From: an uncultured Actinomycetota bacterium
GTDB taxonomy: Bacteria; Actinomycetota; Actinomycetes; Propionibacteriales; Nocardioidaceae
Direction of reading: 5' to 3'
Length of the DNA: 64,000 bases
Assembly: GCA_963695375.1 (NCBI GenBank)
Contig: OY968767.1
Span: forward strand, 2,131,283-2,195,282
The first letter of the stretch is position 1. Every line of letters starts with the position of its first letter. Below the pieces are notes generated by a model. The model was given only the letters and a program-made list of their open reading frames with translations, was not told the DNA's origin and made no database searches. This document shows, piece by piece, positions 1 through 11,140 of this stretch. A program made the position numbers and the translations under genes.

Positions 1-1576
<1,576 letters not shown>

Positions 1577-1580
<4 letters not shown>

Positions 1581-2308
1581 CCGACGCCGGCCTGGAGCCG
1601 TCGGTCCTGCTGCTGGCGGGCGCCGCGGTCCTGGTCGGCGCCGTCGTCCAGGGGGCGGTCGGGCTCGGCGTCGCGCTGATCGCGGCGCCGGTGGTGACGC
1701 TGCTCGACCCGACCCTGATGCCGGGGAGCCTTCTGGTCGTCGGCTTCGCGCTGCCGCTGCTGTCGCTCATCTCGGAGCACCAGGACATCGACCGCCGGGT
1801 CGGCTGGGTGCTCCTCGGGCGGGTCATCGGCACCGCTCCCGGTGTGCTGGTGGTGGCCCTGCTGTCGCCGCAGGACCTCGCCGTGGGCGTGGCGGTGCTG
1901 ACCCTGCTGGCGGTGGCGCTGACCGTACGGGCGGTCCGCATCACGCCGACGCCGATCTCGCTGACCGGTGCCGGGGTCTTCTCCGCGGTGGGCGCCACCG
2001 CGGCGGCGATCGGTGGACCGCCGCTCGCGCTGGTCTACCAGCGGGCCGACGCCGCGACGCTGCGCTCGACCTTGGCGCTCGTCTTCACCCTCGGGTCGCT
2101 GCTGTCCCTGGCCGCGCTCGCCGTGGCCGGCGAGCTGGACGGCCGGGAGGTGTGGGCGGGGGTCGCGATGCTGCCGTTCTTCCTCGTCGGGTTCCTGCTC
2201 TCCCTGCGGCTGCGTCGGCACCTGGCCGGGGCCCGGTTCCGCGCCGCCGTCCTCATCGTGGTCACCTGCTCGGCCCTGGTGCTGCTGGTCCGGAACCTCC
2301 CCGGCTGA
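1577..2308 (+). CDS. TSUP / TauE-SafE (DUF81) family membrane transporter
   Basis: 243-aa, very hydrophobic Gly/Ala/Leu/Val-rich ORF with multiple TM segments. The GTG start overlaps the acn stop (GTGA). Confidence 0.7.
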
Positions 2309-2328
2309 GGAGGCGGCAGGATGGTGCG

Positions 2329-2856
2329 GTGACGATTCACACCGAGCATCCGTTCCGTGACCGGGACGAGGACCGGCGCCCGGTCCGCCGGCTGCGCGGA
2401 CGGCTGACCTCCCCGGTCACGGTGTGGGCCGCTCGCCACGCGGGAACGCGTGCCGGTCTCACCGTCTCCTCGGTGCTGGTCGCCGACGGCGATCCGGGCC
2501 GGCTGATCGGGCTGCTGGACGAGGAGTCGGAGCTGTGGCCGGTGCTCGCGGCCGAGCGGCGGGCGGCGGTGACGCTGCTCGGGCCCGATGACCGGCAGCT
2601 CGCCGACGTCTTCGCCGGGATCGCGCCGTCACCGGGCGGACCGTTCCGTACCGGCCGATGGGTCGACTCCGACTGGGGCCCGGTGCTGCCCGACCACGCC
2701 TGGGCGGGGGCGGTGCTGGTCGGCGACGCGCGCGCCGTCGGCTGGTCCCTGCTGGTCGAGCTGGAGGTGCAGCACGTCGAGTTGGGCGGGGGCGACGCCG
2801 TCGGCGGCGGCCTGGCGTACCGCCGGGGGCGCTACCTGCCGGTGTCGGACGGCTGA
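2329..2856 (+). CDS. Flavin reductase-like domain protein
   Basis: GTG at 2329 is preceded by GAGGAGG. The translation (VTIHTEHPFR...GLTVSSVLVADGDPGRLIGLLDEESELW...) resembles the flavin reductase-like FMN-binding family. The upstream part of the 2152 track ORF overlaps the previous gene. Confidence 0.65.
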   Translation: MTIHTEHPFRDRDEDRRPVRRLRGRLTSPVTVWAARHAGTRAGLTVSSVLVADGDPGRLIGLLDEESELWPVLAAERRAAVTLLGPDDRQLADVFAGIAPSPGGPFRTGRWVDSDWGPVLPDHAWAGAVLVGDARAVGWSLLVELEVQHVELGGGDAVGGGLAYRRGRYLPVSDG

Positions 2857-2866
2857 GCGGGGCGGC

Positions 2867-3289
2867 TCAGGTGGGCATCCAGCTCGGCCACCACGGCGGC
2901 ACGTTGCCCACGCAGGTGGTGCCGACCGGCTCCGACGGCGTGACCACGAAGTGCCCGAGGACGAGGGTCTCGGCGGCCACCAGCACGGCGACCGAGATCA
3001 CGATCAGGAACAGCCGGATGGCCTGGTTGCCGCGCCGGCCGGAGTAGACCTCGATCGGCAGCGCCACCAGCACCGCGTTCAGGAAGGTGAGGGCGGGCAC
3101 CCCGAGGCCGTACAGGGAGAACGTGGTGAGGCCGGTCGCGCCGTCCACGCCGCAGTCGCGCCAGGCGTTGTCCACCAGGGCGATCTGGGCGACGCCGAGC
3201 ACCAGACCGGCGAAGACGGGGATCCACCAGGGCGAGCGCCGGGCGCGCTTGCGCTCGGATTCCCACATGGCCTGGTGCACGGGTGCCAT
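2867..3289 (-). CDS. Small integral membrane protein, unknown function
   Basis: ATG at 3289. 140 aa with about 4 hydrophobic segments (WWIPVFAGLVLGVAQIALV, LTTFSLYGLGVPALTFLNAVLVALPI, IRLFLIVISVAVLVAAETLVLG). The longer 256-aa track ORF has an Arg/Pro/His-rich N-terminus typical of non-coding read-through. Confidence 0.5.
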   Translation of the reverse strand: MAPVHQAMWESERKRARRSPWWIPVFAGLVLGVAQIALVDNAWRDCGVDGATGLTTFSLYGLGVPALTFLNAVLVALPIEVYSGRRGNQAIRLFLIVISVAVLVAAETLVLGHFVVTPSEPVGTTCVGNVPPWWPSWMPT

Positions 3290-3325
3290 TCTGCACGCTG
3301 CCGCGGCCCGTGACAGGCTTCTCGG

Positions 3326-3697
3326 GTGAGCAGGCCGGTCGTGCCGGCCGGATGGCCCGCGTCGGTCCGGCCACCAGATGCCCCGGACTGGGAGCAATCG
3401 GCCGCTTCCTGGCTGTTGGACCAATGCCCCCCGGAGTACCGCGGCTACACCGGCCTGCGCCGGCACCCGGTGGTGCTGGCCCGGTTCGCGGTGCTGCACG
3501 TGGAGGCGATGCAGGCCGCCGCCCGTCGGGGCGTCAGCGAGGCGCGGACGTCGCTCCGGGACGTGGCCGACCTGGACGTGGTGGAGCGCGCGGTGGCCAC
3601 CTGGCAGCTCGAGGCGGAACGGCTCGCGGTGCTGCACCGGCAGGTGGGGCTGGTCGAGGAGGCGCTGCGCGGCCGCCGGTTCCGCCCCCGCCTCTGA
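3326..3697 (+). CDS. Hypothetical protein (conserved-looking, no family recognised)
   Basis: 123-aa ORF with balanced composition and helical C-terminal half (ERAVATWQLEAERLAVLHRQVGLVEEAL). No motif recognised. Confidence 0.4.
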   Translation: MSRPVVPAGWPASVRPPDAPDWEQSAASWLLDQCPPEYRGYTGLRRHPVVLARFAVLHVEAMQAAARRGVSEARTSLRDVADLDVVERAVATWQLEAERLAVLHRQVGLVEEALRGRRFRPRL

Positions 3698-3782
3698 CCC
3701 CCGCCCCCCTCCCCGCGATCCGTCAGTTTCGGCCCGCCGATCCGTCAGTTTCGACCCGGTGATCCGTCAGTTCTGCCCGCAC
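3697..3782. repeat. Left arm: C-rich leader plus 3 tandem copies of a 22-bp unit (GATCCGTCAGTTTCGGCCCGCC)
   Basis: Units lie at 3717-3738, 3739-3760 and 3761-3782, preceded by CCCCCGCCCCCCTCCCC. This arm is the reverse complement of the array at 4225-4329. Confidence 0.9.
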
Positions 3783-4226
3783 TCGGGCGGCGTAGGCCTC
3801 AGCTTCCGCCGGGTTCGCGTATTTCGTGCGTGGCCAGAAGAACCCACGCAGTCCGTCCCCACGGGTACGAGGCACGACGTGCGCGTGTAGGTGCGGGACG
3901 CTCTGGCTGACCGTGTTGTTCATCGCGACGAACGTCCCCTGTGCGCCCAGCCCGTCTCGCACGGCGGCGGCCAGCTCGCGGAGCGCGGCAAAGAACGGGC
4001 TCAGCAGCTCGTCTGGAAGCTCGGTCAGCGTTTCGACGTGCCGTCGGGGGACGAGCAGGACGTGGCCCTTGAACACGGGCCGGTGGTCGAGGAACCCGAC
4101 CACGTCGGGCGTGACCAGCACTCGGGGCGCGTCCGCGCCGGTCACGATCGCGCAGAACAGGCAGTCGGCCACCGCCGAACCGTACGCGAGCCCGCAGCTC
4201 GAGACGGCGACGGAGCGACGGATCAC
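3723..4226 (-). CDS. HIT (histidine triad) family nucleotide hydrolase/transferase
   Basis: CLFCAIV N-terminal motif and histidine triad HLHAHVVP. The start is uncertain: GTG at 4226 or an internal GTG at 4172 just before CLFC. The last ~19 codons and the stop are encoded by the 22-bp repeat array. Confidence 0.8.
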   Translation of the reverse strand: MIRRSVAVSSCGLAYGSAVADCLFCAIVTGADAPRVLVTPDVVGFLDHRPVFKGHVLLVPRRHVETLTELPDELLSPFFAALRELAAAVRDGLGAQGTFVAMNNTVSQSVPHLHAHVVPRTRGDGLRGFFWPRTKYANPAEAEAYAARVRAELTDHRVETDGSAGRN

Positions 4227-4329
4227 CGGCTCGGAACTGACGGACCGGCGGGTCGGAACTGACGGACCGCCGGGCCGGAACTGACGGATCGGCGGGCCGG
4301 AAGTGACGGATCGCGGGGGTGGGGGCGGG
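4225..4329. repeat. Right arm: 4 tandem copies of the same 22-bp unit in inverted orientation, plus a G-rich trailer
   Basis: Units lie at 4225-4246, 4247-4268, 4269-4290 and 4291-4312 (e.g. GGCGGGCCGGAAGTGACGGATC, 20/22 identical to the reverse complement of the unit at 3717-3738). They are followed by GCGGGGGTGGGGGCGGG, mirroring the C-rich leader of the left arm. Confidence 0.9.
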
Positions 4330-4392
4330 ACCGCCTAGACTCGGGGGGCCCTGCCGCCCGCCCGACCGCGAGAACACGGAGGCCGTTCGTCG

Positions 4393-6282
4393 ATGAGCCT
4401 GCTCGATGCCCTCGGCGGCCCGGGCGACCTCCGCGACCTTGACGACGACGCGCTCGCCGACCTCGCCGCCGAGATCCGGGAGCGGATCGTCACCGCGGTC
4501 TCCTCGCACAGCGGCCACCTGGGGCCGAACCTCGGCGTGGTCGAGCTGACGCTGGCGCTGCACCGGGTCTTCGACTCGCCCCGGGATCGGATCCTCTTCG
4601 ACACCGGCCACCAGGCCTACGTGCACAAGATGGTCACCGGCCGGGCCGAGGGCTTCGCCCGGCTGCGGCAGGAGGGCGGGCTGTCCGGCTACCCCAGCCG
4701 GGCCGAGTCCGACCACGACACGATCGAGAACTCGCACGCCTCCACCTCACTGTCGTACGCCGACGGCCTCGCGAAGGCGTACGCCGTCCGCGGCGAGGAC
4801 CGGTACGTCGTGGCGGTGATCGGCGACGGCGCACTGACCGGCGGCATGGCCTGGGAGGCCCTGAACCAGATCGCCACCGGCGACGACCGGCCGCTCGTGG
4901 TCGTGGTCAACGACAACGGCCGGTCCTACGCACCCACCGCCGGGGGCCTCGCGCTGCGGCTGGCGGCCGCCCGGACCAACCCCGGCTACGAGAAGCTGCT
5001 GGCCCGGGTCAAGAGCCGGCTGCACCGGGTCAAGCTGCTCGGCCCGCCCGCCTACGACGCCCTGCACGCGATGAAGCGCGGGCTCAAGGACGCGATCGCC
5101 CCGCAGGGGCTCTTCGAGGACCTCGGCATCAAGTACGTCGGGCCGCTGGACGGCCACGACCGCAACGCCGTCGAGCACGCGCTGGAGCACGCCAAACGGT
5201 TCCGCGGACCGGTCATCGTGCACGTGATCACCGAGAAGGGGCACGGCTACGAGCGGGCGGTCGCGGACACCATCGACCAGATGCACCAGGTCGCCCCGTT
5301 CGACCCGGACACGGGGGAGTCGCTCGCCGAGCCGGTGACCACCTGGACGCACGTGTTCCGGGACGAGATCGCCGTGTTGGCGGCCGAGCGGGAGGACATC
5401 GTCGGGATCACGGCCGCGATGCTGCAGCCGACCGGGCTGGACGCGTTCGCGGACAAGTTCCCGGACCGCGTCTACGACGTCGGGATCGCCGAGCAGCACG
5501 CCGTCACCAGCGCCGCCGGGCTGGCGCTCGGCGGCCTGCACCCGGTGGTGGCGGTCTACTCCACCTTCCTCAACCGGGCCTTCGACCAGACCCTGCTGGA
5601 CGTCGCGCTGCACGACTGCGCGGTCACGTTCGTGCTCGACCGGGCCGGGCTCACCGGTGACGACGGCCCCTCGCACAACGGCATGTGGGACCTGTCCGTG
5701 CTCGGCATCGTTCCCGGCATGCGGGTCGCGGCGCCCCGGGACGGCGCCCGCCTGCGTGAGCTGCTGCGCGAGGCGGTGGCGGTCGACGACGGCCCGACCG
5801 CGGTGCGGTTCGCCAAGGGGCCGGTGCTGCCCGACCTGGAGCCGATGGACACGGTGACCGGTCTCGACCTGATGGTCCGGACCGGGCCCGGTGAGCTGGC
5901 GGGCGGTGTGCTGCTCGTCGGCACCGGCGCGATGGTGCACGTGGCCGTCGAGGCCGCCCGGCTGTTGGCCGACGGTCCCGACGCGCCACCGGTCACCGTG
6001 GTCGACCCGCGCTGGGTGCTCCCGGTCGCGCCGGCCCTGGTCGAGCTGGCCGGCCGGCACGATCTGGTGGTGACCGTCGAGGACAACGGGCGGTCCGGTG
6101 GCTTCGGCTCCGCCGTCACCGCCGCGCTCGTGGACGCCCGGGTGGACACTCCGATCCAGGTGCACGCGGTGCCCCAGCGGTTCTTCGACCACGCGAAGCG
6201 AGCCGTGCTGCTCGAACGGTCCGGGCTGTCCGCGGAGGCAATCGCCGCCGCAGTCCGCCACCGGCTGCACGAGCAGGCCTGA
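4393..6282 (+). CDS. dxs: 1-deoxy-D-xylulose-5-phosphate synthase
   Basis: 629 aa with a typical DXS N-terminus ([44 protein letters not shown]) and the TPP-binding region [25 protein letters not shown]; TAGACT -10-like hexamer at 4335-4340. Confidence 0.95.
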   Translation: MSLLDALGGPGDLRDLDDDALADLAAEIRERIVTAVSSHSGHLGPNLGVVELTLALHRVFDSPRDRILFDTGHQAYVHKMVTGRAEGFARLRQEGGLSGYPSRAESDHDTIENSHASTSLSYADGLAKAYAVRGEDRYVVAVIGDGALTGGMAWEALNQIATGDDRPLVVVVNDNGRSYAPTAGGLALRLAAARTNPGYEKLLARVKSRLHRVKLLGPPAYDALHAMKRGLKDAIAPQGLFEDLGIKYVGPLDGHDRNAVEHALEHAKRFRGPVIVHVITEKGHGYERAVADTIDQMHQVAPFDPDTGESLAEPVTTWTHVFRDEIAVLAAEREDIVGITAAMLQPTGLDAFADKFPDRVYDVGIAEQHAVTSAAGLALGGLHPVVAVYSTFLNRAFDQTLLDVALHDCAVTFVLDRAGLTGDDGPSHNGMWDLSVLGIVPGMRVAAPRDGARLRELLREAVAVDDGPTAVRFAKGPVLPDLEPMDTVTGLDLMVRTGPGELAGGVLLVGTGAMVHVAVEAARLLADGPDAPPVTVVDPRWVLPVAPALVELAGRHDLVVTVEDNGRSGGFGSAVTAALVDARVDTPIQVHAVPQRFFDHAKRAVLLERSGLSAEAIAAAVRHRLHEQA

Positions 6283-6374
6283 CTCGCCCGTCGACCGGTC
6301 CCGCGTTGCGGCTCGCCGCGCGGCGGCATTGGCCCTACGGTATGCCCGTCCGGTCGCCGGAGAAGGGGACAGCG

Positions 6375-7880
6375 ATGAGCGTCATGCGCACCAAGTCCGT
6401 CGAGCAGTGCATCAAGGACACCGAGGAGCCGGAGCACCGGCTCCGCAAGGACCTGTCCGCGGCGGACCTGATCGTCTTCGGCGTCGGCGTCTGTGTGGGC
6501 GCCGGGATCTTCATCCTCACCGGCCAGGTCGCGGCGAGCAACGCCGGTCCCGGGGTGGCGATCTCGTTCCTCTTCGCCGGCACCGCCTGCGCGCTGGCCG
6601 CGCTGTGCTACGCCGAGTTCGCCTCGACCGTCCCGGTCGCCGGCTCGGCGTACACCTTCTCCTACGCGAGCTTCGGTGAGCTGATCGCCTGGGCGATCGG
6701 GTGGGACCTGATCCTCGAGTTCACCATCGGCTCCGCCGCGCTGTCGGTCGGCTTCTCCGGCTACCTGGTCGACCTGCTCGACGGCACTCCGCTGGCCATC
6801 CCGGCCTCGCTGCAGGCGGCGGAGAAGGACGGAATCGTCAACCTGCCCGCCCTCCTGCTCGCGCTGCTGGTGATGGCCGTGCTGATCATGGGGATCAAGC
6901 TGTCCAGCCGGTTCAACCAGATCGTCGTGGTGATCAAGCTGGCGGTCATCGCGCTCGTGGTCGGCGCCGGCATCAGCTACATCAAGGCGGAGAACTACTC
7001 CCCGTTCGTACCCCCGAGCGAGCCGGCGCCGAGCGGCGAGGGGGGCAGCTGGCTCAAGGTCCCGCTGATCGAGTCGCTGCTCGGCCTGGAGCCCGCCGTG
7101 TACGGCTTCGGCGGCCTGGTGGCCGGCGCGGCCGTCGTCTTCTTCGCCTTCATCGGCTTCGACATCCTCGCCACCACGGCCGAGGAGACCAAGAACCCGC
7201 AGCGGGACATGCCGATCGGCATCATCGGCGCGCTCGCCATCGTCACCGTCCTCTACATGGCGGTGAGCCTGGTGATCACCGGCATGCAGAGCTACACCCA
7301 GATCGACCCGGCCAGCGCCGCTCCGCTGTCGGACGCGTTCGACGCGGTGGGGTTGGAGTGGATGGCGAACGTGATCGCGGCCGGAGCGTGCATCGGGCTG
7401 GTCGTGGTCGCGATGATCCTCATGCTCGGGCAGACCCGGGTGGCCTTCGCGATGGCCCGCGACGGCCTGCTCCCGCCCTGGCTGGCCAAGGTGCACCCGA
7501 AGTACGGCACGCCGCACCGGCTGACCGTCATCGTCGGCATCGCGGTCGCCGCGCTGGCGGGCTTCCTGCCGCTCGGCACCCTGACCGATCTGGTGAACAT
7601 CGGCACGCTGTTCGCGTTCGTGCTGGTCAGCGTCGGCGTGGTGATCCTCCGCCGCACCGACCCGGACCTGCCCCGGGCCTTCCGGGTGCCTGCGGCGCCG
7701 CTCGTCGCCACCCTCGCGGTGCTGTCCTGCCTGTACCTGATGCTCAACCTCCCGGGCGAGACCTGGGTCCGGTTCGCGGTCTGGATGGCGATCGGCATCG
7801 TCGTCTACTTCCTGTACGGCCGGACCAGGAGCCGGCAGGCGGTGCGGCACGCGGAGCAGGCGGCCGCCCGCACCGGCTGA
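6375..7880 (+). CDS. APC-superfamily amino acid permease (cationic amino acid transporter-like)
   Basis: ATG at 6375 after GAAGGGGA. About 12-14 TM segments and an N-terminus typical of the family ([26 protein letters not shown]). Confidence 0.85.
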   Translation: MSVMRTKSVEQCIKDTEEPEHRLRKDLSAADLIVFGVGVCVGAGIFILTGQVAASNAGPGVAISFLFAGTACALAALCYAEFASTVPVAGSAYTFSYASFGELIAWAIGWDLILEFTIGSAALSVGFSGYLVDLLDGTPLAIPASLQAAEKDGIVNLPALLLALLVMAVLIMGIKLSSRFNQIVVVIKLAVIALVVGAGISYIKAENYSPFVPPSEPAPSGEGGSWLKVPLIESLLGLEPAVYGFGGLVAGAAVVFFAFIGFDILATTAEETKNPQRDMPIGIIGALAIVTVLYMAVSLVITGMQSYTQIDPASAAPLSDAFDAVGLEWMANVIAAGACIGLVVVAMILMLGQTRVAFAMARDGLLPPWLAKVHPKYGTPHRLTVIVGIAVAALAGFLPLGTLTDLVNIGTLFAFVLVSVGVVILRRTDPDLPRAFRVPAAPLVATLAVLSCLYLMLNLPGETWVRFAVWMAIGIVVYFLYGRTRSRQAVRHAEQAAARTG

Positions 7881-7919
7881 CCGGAATGCGGGTCGCGCCG
7901 ACGCGGTTGGCACGACACG

Positions 7920-8876
7920 ATGGACCTGATGCGATGGCGACGGCGTGACCCGGACCCGGAGGTCGCGGCGGCCCAGCCGAGCGACGGGTTGCTCGAGATC
8001 TCCCGCGACCCGGGCCACGGCCTGGTCCTGGTGCACGCCCTCGACGGCTTCCTGTCCGCCGGGCAGGCCGGCCGGCTGGCCGCTCAGCACCTGCGCAGCG
8101 CGCACCCGGGGCACGGAGACGTGGTGGCCCGGCTGGACCTGGACGCACTGTTCGACTACCGCGCCCGGCGCCCGCCGCTGGCCTTCGACGAGGACCACTA
8201 CGCCGCGTACGAGGCGCCGCGGCTCGACGTGCGCCGGCTGACCGACGCCGCCGGGACGCCGTTCCTGCTGTTGGCCGGTCCCGAGCCGGACTATCGCTGG
8301 GAGGGGTTCACCGACGCCGTCCGCCGGCTGGTCGAGCAGCTCGAGATCCGGCTGGTCGTCGGGGTCGGTGCGGTGCCGATGGCGGTGCCGCACACCCGGC
8401 CGGTGGTGGTCACGGCGCACGCCACCCGGCCCGAGCTGGTGGACCGGCCGAACGTGTGGTCCGGACGGCTCACCGTCCCGGCGAGCGCGCAGGCGGTGCT
8501 CGAGCTGCGGCTGGGGGAGGCCGGTCACGACGCGTTGGGCTACGTCGCGCACGTGCCGCACTACGTCTCCGGGCTGGAGTTCCCGGCCGCCTCGGTCACC
8601 CTGCTGGAGGCCGCCGGCGCCGCGGCGGGGCTCACCTTCGACCTCGACGCGCTGCGGGAGGCGGCTCGGCTCACCGCCGAGGAGGTGGACCGGCAGGTCG
8701 CCGAGCAGGAGGGCGGCGAGGTGCTGGCGGCGCTGGAGCAGCAGTACGACGCGTTCTCCCGCGGGGCCGGCCGTTCGATGCTCGCCCGGGACGAGGACCT
8801 GCCCACCGCCGACCAGCTCGGTCAGCAGTTCGAGCAGTTCCTCGCCGGCCTCGACCGGCGCGAGGGGCGGGACTGA
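7920..8876 (+). CDS. PAC2 (proteasome assembly chaperone 2-like) family protein
   Basis: 318 aa with the actinobacterial PAC2-family pattern (VLVHALDGFLSAGQAGRLAAQHL ... acidic C-terminal tail). Assignment is by resemblance only. Confidence 0.7.
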   Translation: MDLMRWRRRDPDPEVAAAQPSDGLLEISRDPGHGLVLVHALDGFLSAGQAGRLAAQHLRSAHPGHGDVVARLDLDALFDYRARRPPLAFDEDHYAAYEAPRLDVRRLTDAAGTPFLLLAGPEPDYRWEGFTDAVRRLVEQLEIRLVVGVGAVPMAVPHTRPVVVTAHATRPELVDRPNVWSGRLTVPASAQAVLELRLGEAGHDALGYVAHVPHYVSGLEFPAASVTLLEAAGAAAGLTFDLDALREAARLTAEEVDRQVAEQEGGEVLAALEQQYDAFSRGAGRSMLARDEDLPTADQLGQQFEQFLAGLDRREGRD

Positions 8877-8956
8877 CCCGCTCCAGCCCTTTCGCAGACC
8901 GTGGCGGCGGGTGCAGGGTGGAAGCCACCCGTACCAGCGAGAGGAGCGCGACCACC

Positions 8957-9157
8957 ATGCATGCCGATGTGGGCGACCGGCTGCGAGTACGCGGTCGGGT
9001 CGTCGGTCAGCCGGAGCAGGTCGTCGAGGTGCTGGAGGTGCACGGCGACGACGGCGCGCCGCCGTACCTGGTCCGTCACGACGACGGTCACGAGGGCCTG
9101 ATGTTCCCGGGTCCGGACGCCTCCGTCGAGCACGCGGGCGGCGACCGCTCGGGCTGA
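8957..9157 (+). CDS. DUF1918 domain protein
   Basis: ATG at 8957 after GAGAGGAG. The 66-aa product MHADVGDRLRVRGRVVGQPEQVVEVLEVHGDDGAPPYLVRHDDGHEGLMFPGPDASVEH matches the DUF1918 pattern. Confidence 0.6.
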   Translation: MHADVGDRLRVRGRVVGQPEQVVEVLEVHGDDGAPPYLVRHDDGHEGLMFPGPDASVEHAGGDRSG

Positions 9158-9179
9158 GGACCCGTACCCGCATGGCAGG

Positions 9180-10055
9180 ATGCCGCGGGTGCCGACCTCA
9201 GTCCGCGAGCTCGTCGACATCCTCGACCTCGAGCGGCTCGAGCTCGACCTCTACCGCGGCGCGCAGCCGCCGCGGTCCACGCTGCAGCGCGTCTTCGGCG
9301 GGCAGGTGGCCGCGCAGGCGCTGATGGCCGCCTGCCGCAGCGTCGACCCGGACCGGGCCGTGCACTCCATGCATTCGTACTTCCTGCGCGGCGGGGACAC
9401 CGCGGTCCCGATCGTCTACGACGTGGAGCGGATCCGGGACGGCTCCTCGTTCAGCACCCGCCGGGTGTCCGCTCGCCAGCACGGCACGGTGATCTTCTAC
9501 CTGACCGCGTCGTTCCAGCGGGCAGAGAGCGGCTTCGAGCACCAGGACACCCTCCCGGACGTCCCGGCGGCCGACGACTGTCCCGACCTGGCCGAGGTGC
9601 TCGGCCAGATCAGCACCCGGGCCGAGGACTCCTGGCGGCGGGAGTGGTCGGCGCTGGACGTGCACTACGCCGGGGACAGCAGAGCCGGCGGGACGATCGA
9701 GGCGCACGGCCGGCCGGCCCGGCAGCGGCTGTGGTTCCGCGCCAGTGGCGAGCTGCCGGCCGATCCGGTGCTGAACACCTGCGTGCTCACCTACGCCAGC
9801 GACCTCACCCTGCTCAGCACCAGCCTGGTGCCGCACGGGGTGCTGATCGGCCAGCCGGGGCTGCAGGCCGCCTCCCTGGACCACGCGGTGTGGTTCCACC
9901 GGCCGGTGCGGGCGGACCGGTGGCTGCTCTACGACCAGGTGTCGCCGGCGGCGACCGGCGGACGCGGCTTCGCCCAGGCGCGGATCTTCTCCGCCGACGG
10001 CGTGCTGGTGGCGTCGGTCGCCCAGGAGGGGCTGATCAGGCAGGTGCGCGGCTGA
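9180..10055 (+). CDS. tesB: Acyl-CoA thioesterase II
   Basis: 291 aa with TesB-like motifs (LDLERLELDLYRG, RVFGGQVAAQAL, HSMHSYFLRGGD, double hot-dog layout). Confidence 0.85.
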   Translation: MPRVPTSVRELVDILDLERLELDLYRGAQPPRSTLQRVFGGQVAAQALMAACRSVDPDRAVHSMHSYFLRGGDTAVPIVYDVERIRDGSSFSTRRVSARQHGTVIFYLTASFQRAESGFEHQDTLPDVPAADDCPDLAEVLGQISTRAEDSWRREWSALDVHYAGDSRAGGTIEAHGRPARQRLWFRASGELPADPVLNTCVLTYASDLTLLSTSLVPHGVLIGQPGLQAASLDHAVWFHRPVRADRWLLYDQVSPAATGGRGFAQARIFSADGVLVASVAQEGLIRQVRG

Positions 10056-11019
10056 GCAGCTCGGCCGCCCGCTCGTCGGTGAGGCCGACCTCGCCGGTGC
10101 GGAAGGTCCCGCCGTCTCGCATCCAGCGCCAGGTGTCCAGCACGGTCTCGGGGAAGGGCCGGGCGCGCAGGCCGGTCGCCCGCGCCCGGCCGGGGTCGAG
10201 CGCCATCACCTGCTCGTGCGCCCCCTCGCTCCACAGCGGCAGCTGGCTGCCGTCCACGCCCTGGTCCCGCAGCCAGCCGCCGTCGACCTCGCGCAGCTCG
10301 GTGTCGGCGGGGCCGACGGCGGCCGCCATCCCGGCCAGCATGTCGCCGAAGGTGAAGCCGGGGTCGGTCGAGCAGGCGTGCAGTGCCCCCGTGACCCCGT
10401 CCTCCAGCAGCCGGACCATCCACTCGCCCATGTCCACGCCGTCGACGAGCTGCACCGGCGCGTCCAGCGGGCCGGGCGCCAGCACGGTGCCGCCCCGGCT
10501 GATCCGGTCCAGCCACCAGCAGAACCGGTCCGTCGTGTCGTACGGGCCGACCACGTAGGTCGGCCGCACCACCGTCAGCCGGTCGTGCAGCGTTGCGGCG
10601 GTGCGTTCGCAGGCGACCTTGAGGCCGCCGTACGTCTGGTCCGACATCGGCACCGTGTCCGGGTCGTCGGCATCCAGCTCGGCCAGCGGGATGTCCTCGT
10701 CCCCTCCCGGCCGGGGCGGGTCGGCGTAGGCGGAGACCGACGACACGAACAGGTGCTGGCCGCCGCCGCCGTCCAGTGCCTCGGCGAGCGAGCGGACCTG
10801 GCGGGGCCAGTAGCCGCAGACGTCGGCGGTCGCGTCGAAGCGCCGGCCGCGCAGCACCGACAGGTCGGCGTCCCGGTCGGCGTGCAGGTGCTCGACCTCG
10901 GGGAACGGCTCGTCGGCGCCGCCGCGGTGCAGCAGTGTCACCGCGTGCCCGCCCGCGATGGCCGACCGGACGAGGTGCCGACCGACGAAACGGGTGCCGC
11001 CGATGACCAAGAGGTCCAT
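10036..11019 (-). CDS. NAD-dependent epimerase/dehydratase (extended SDR) family protein
   Basis: Rossmann motif directly at the N-terminus (MDLLVIGGTRFVGRHL). The alternative upstream start at 11043 is less likely. The 3' end overlaps the tesB 3' end (convergent). Confidence 0.75.
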   Translation of the reverse strand: MDLLVIGGTRFVGRHLVRSAIAGGHAVTLLHRGGADEPFPEVEHLHADRDADLSVLRGRRFDATADVCGYWPRQVRSLAEALDGGGGQHLFVSSVSAYADPPRPGGDEDIPLAELDADDPDTVPMSDQTYGGLKVACERTAATLHDRLTVVRPTYVVGPYDTTDRFCWWLDRISRGGTVLAPGPLDAPVQLVDGVDMGEWMVRLLEDGVTGALHACSTDPGFTFGDMLAGMAAAVGPADTELREVDGGWLRDQGVDGSQLPLWSEGAHEQVMALDPGRARATGLRARPFPETVLDTWRWMRDGGTFRTGEVGLTDERAAELLSRAPA

Positions 11020-11140
11020 GCCCCGGAGCCTAGGGGTAGTCACGGCGTGGTCCCTTGACTACATTGCGTCACCGTGCTGTGACCCGAGTGACACGTGAGG
11101 CACACGTGGACGAGCGGTCTGGCCGGAAAGGGTCGGTCCC

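Noticed and set aside
5556-9173. 1205-aa ORF on the minus strand spanning dxs, the permease, PAC2 and DUF1918
   Set aside because: It is antisense to four well-supported genes. The translation is Arg/Pro/Gly/His-rich low-complexity sequence, typical of stop-codon-poor frames in high-GC DNA. No recognisable motif.
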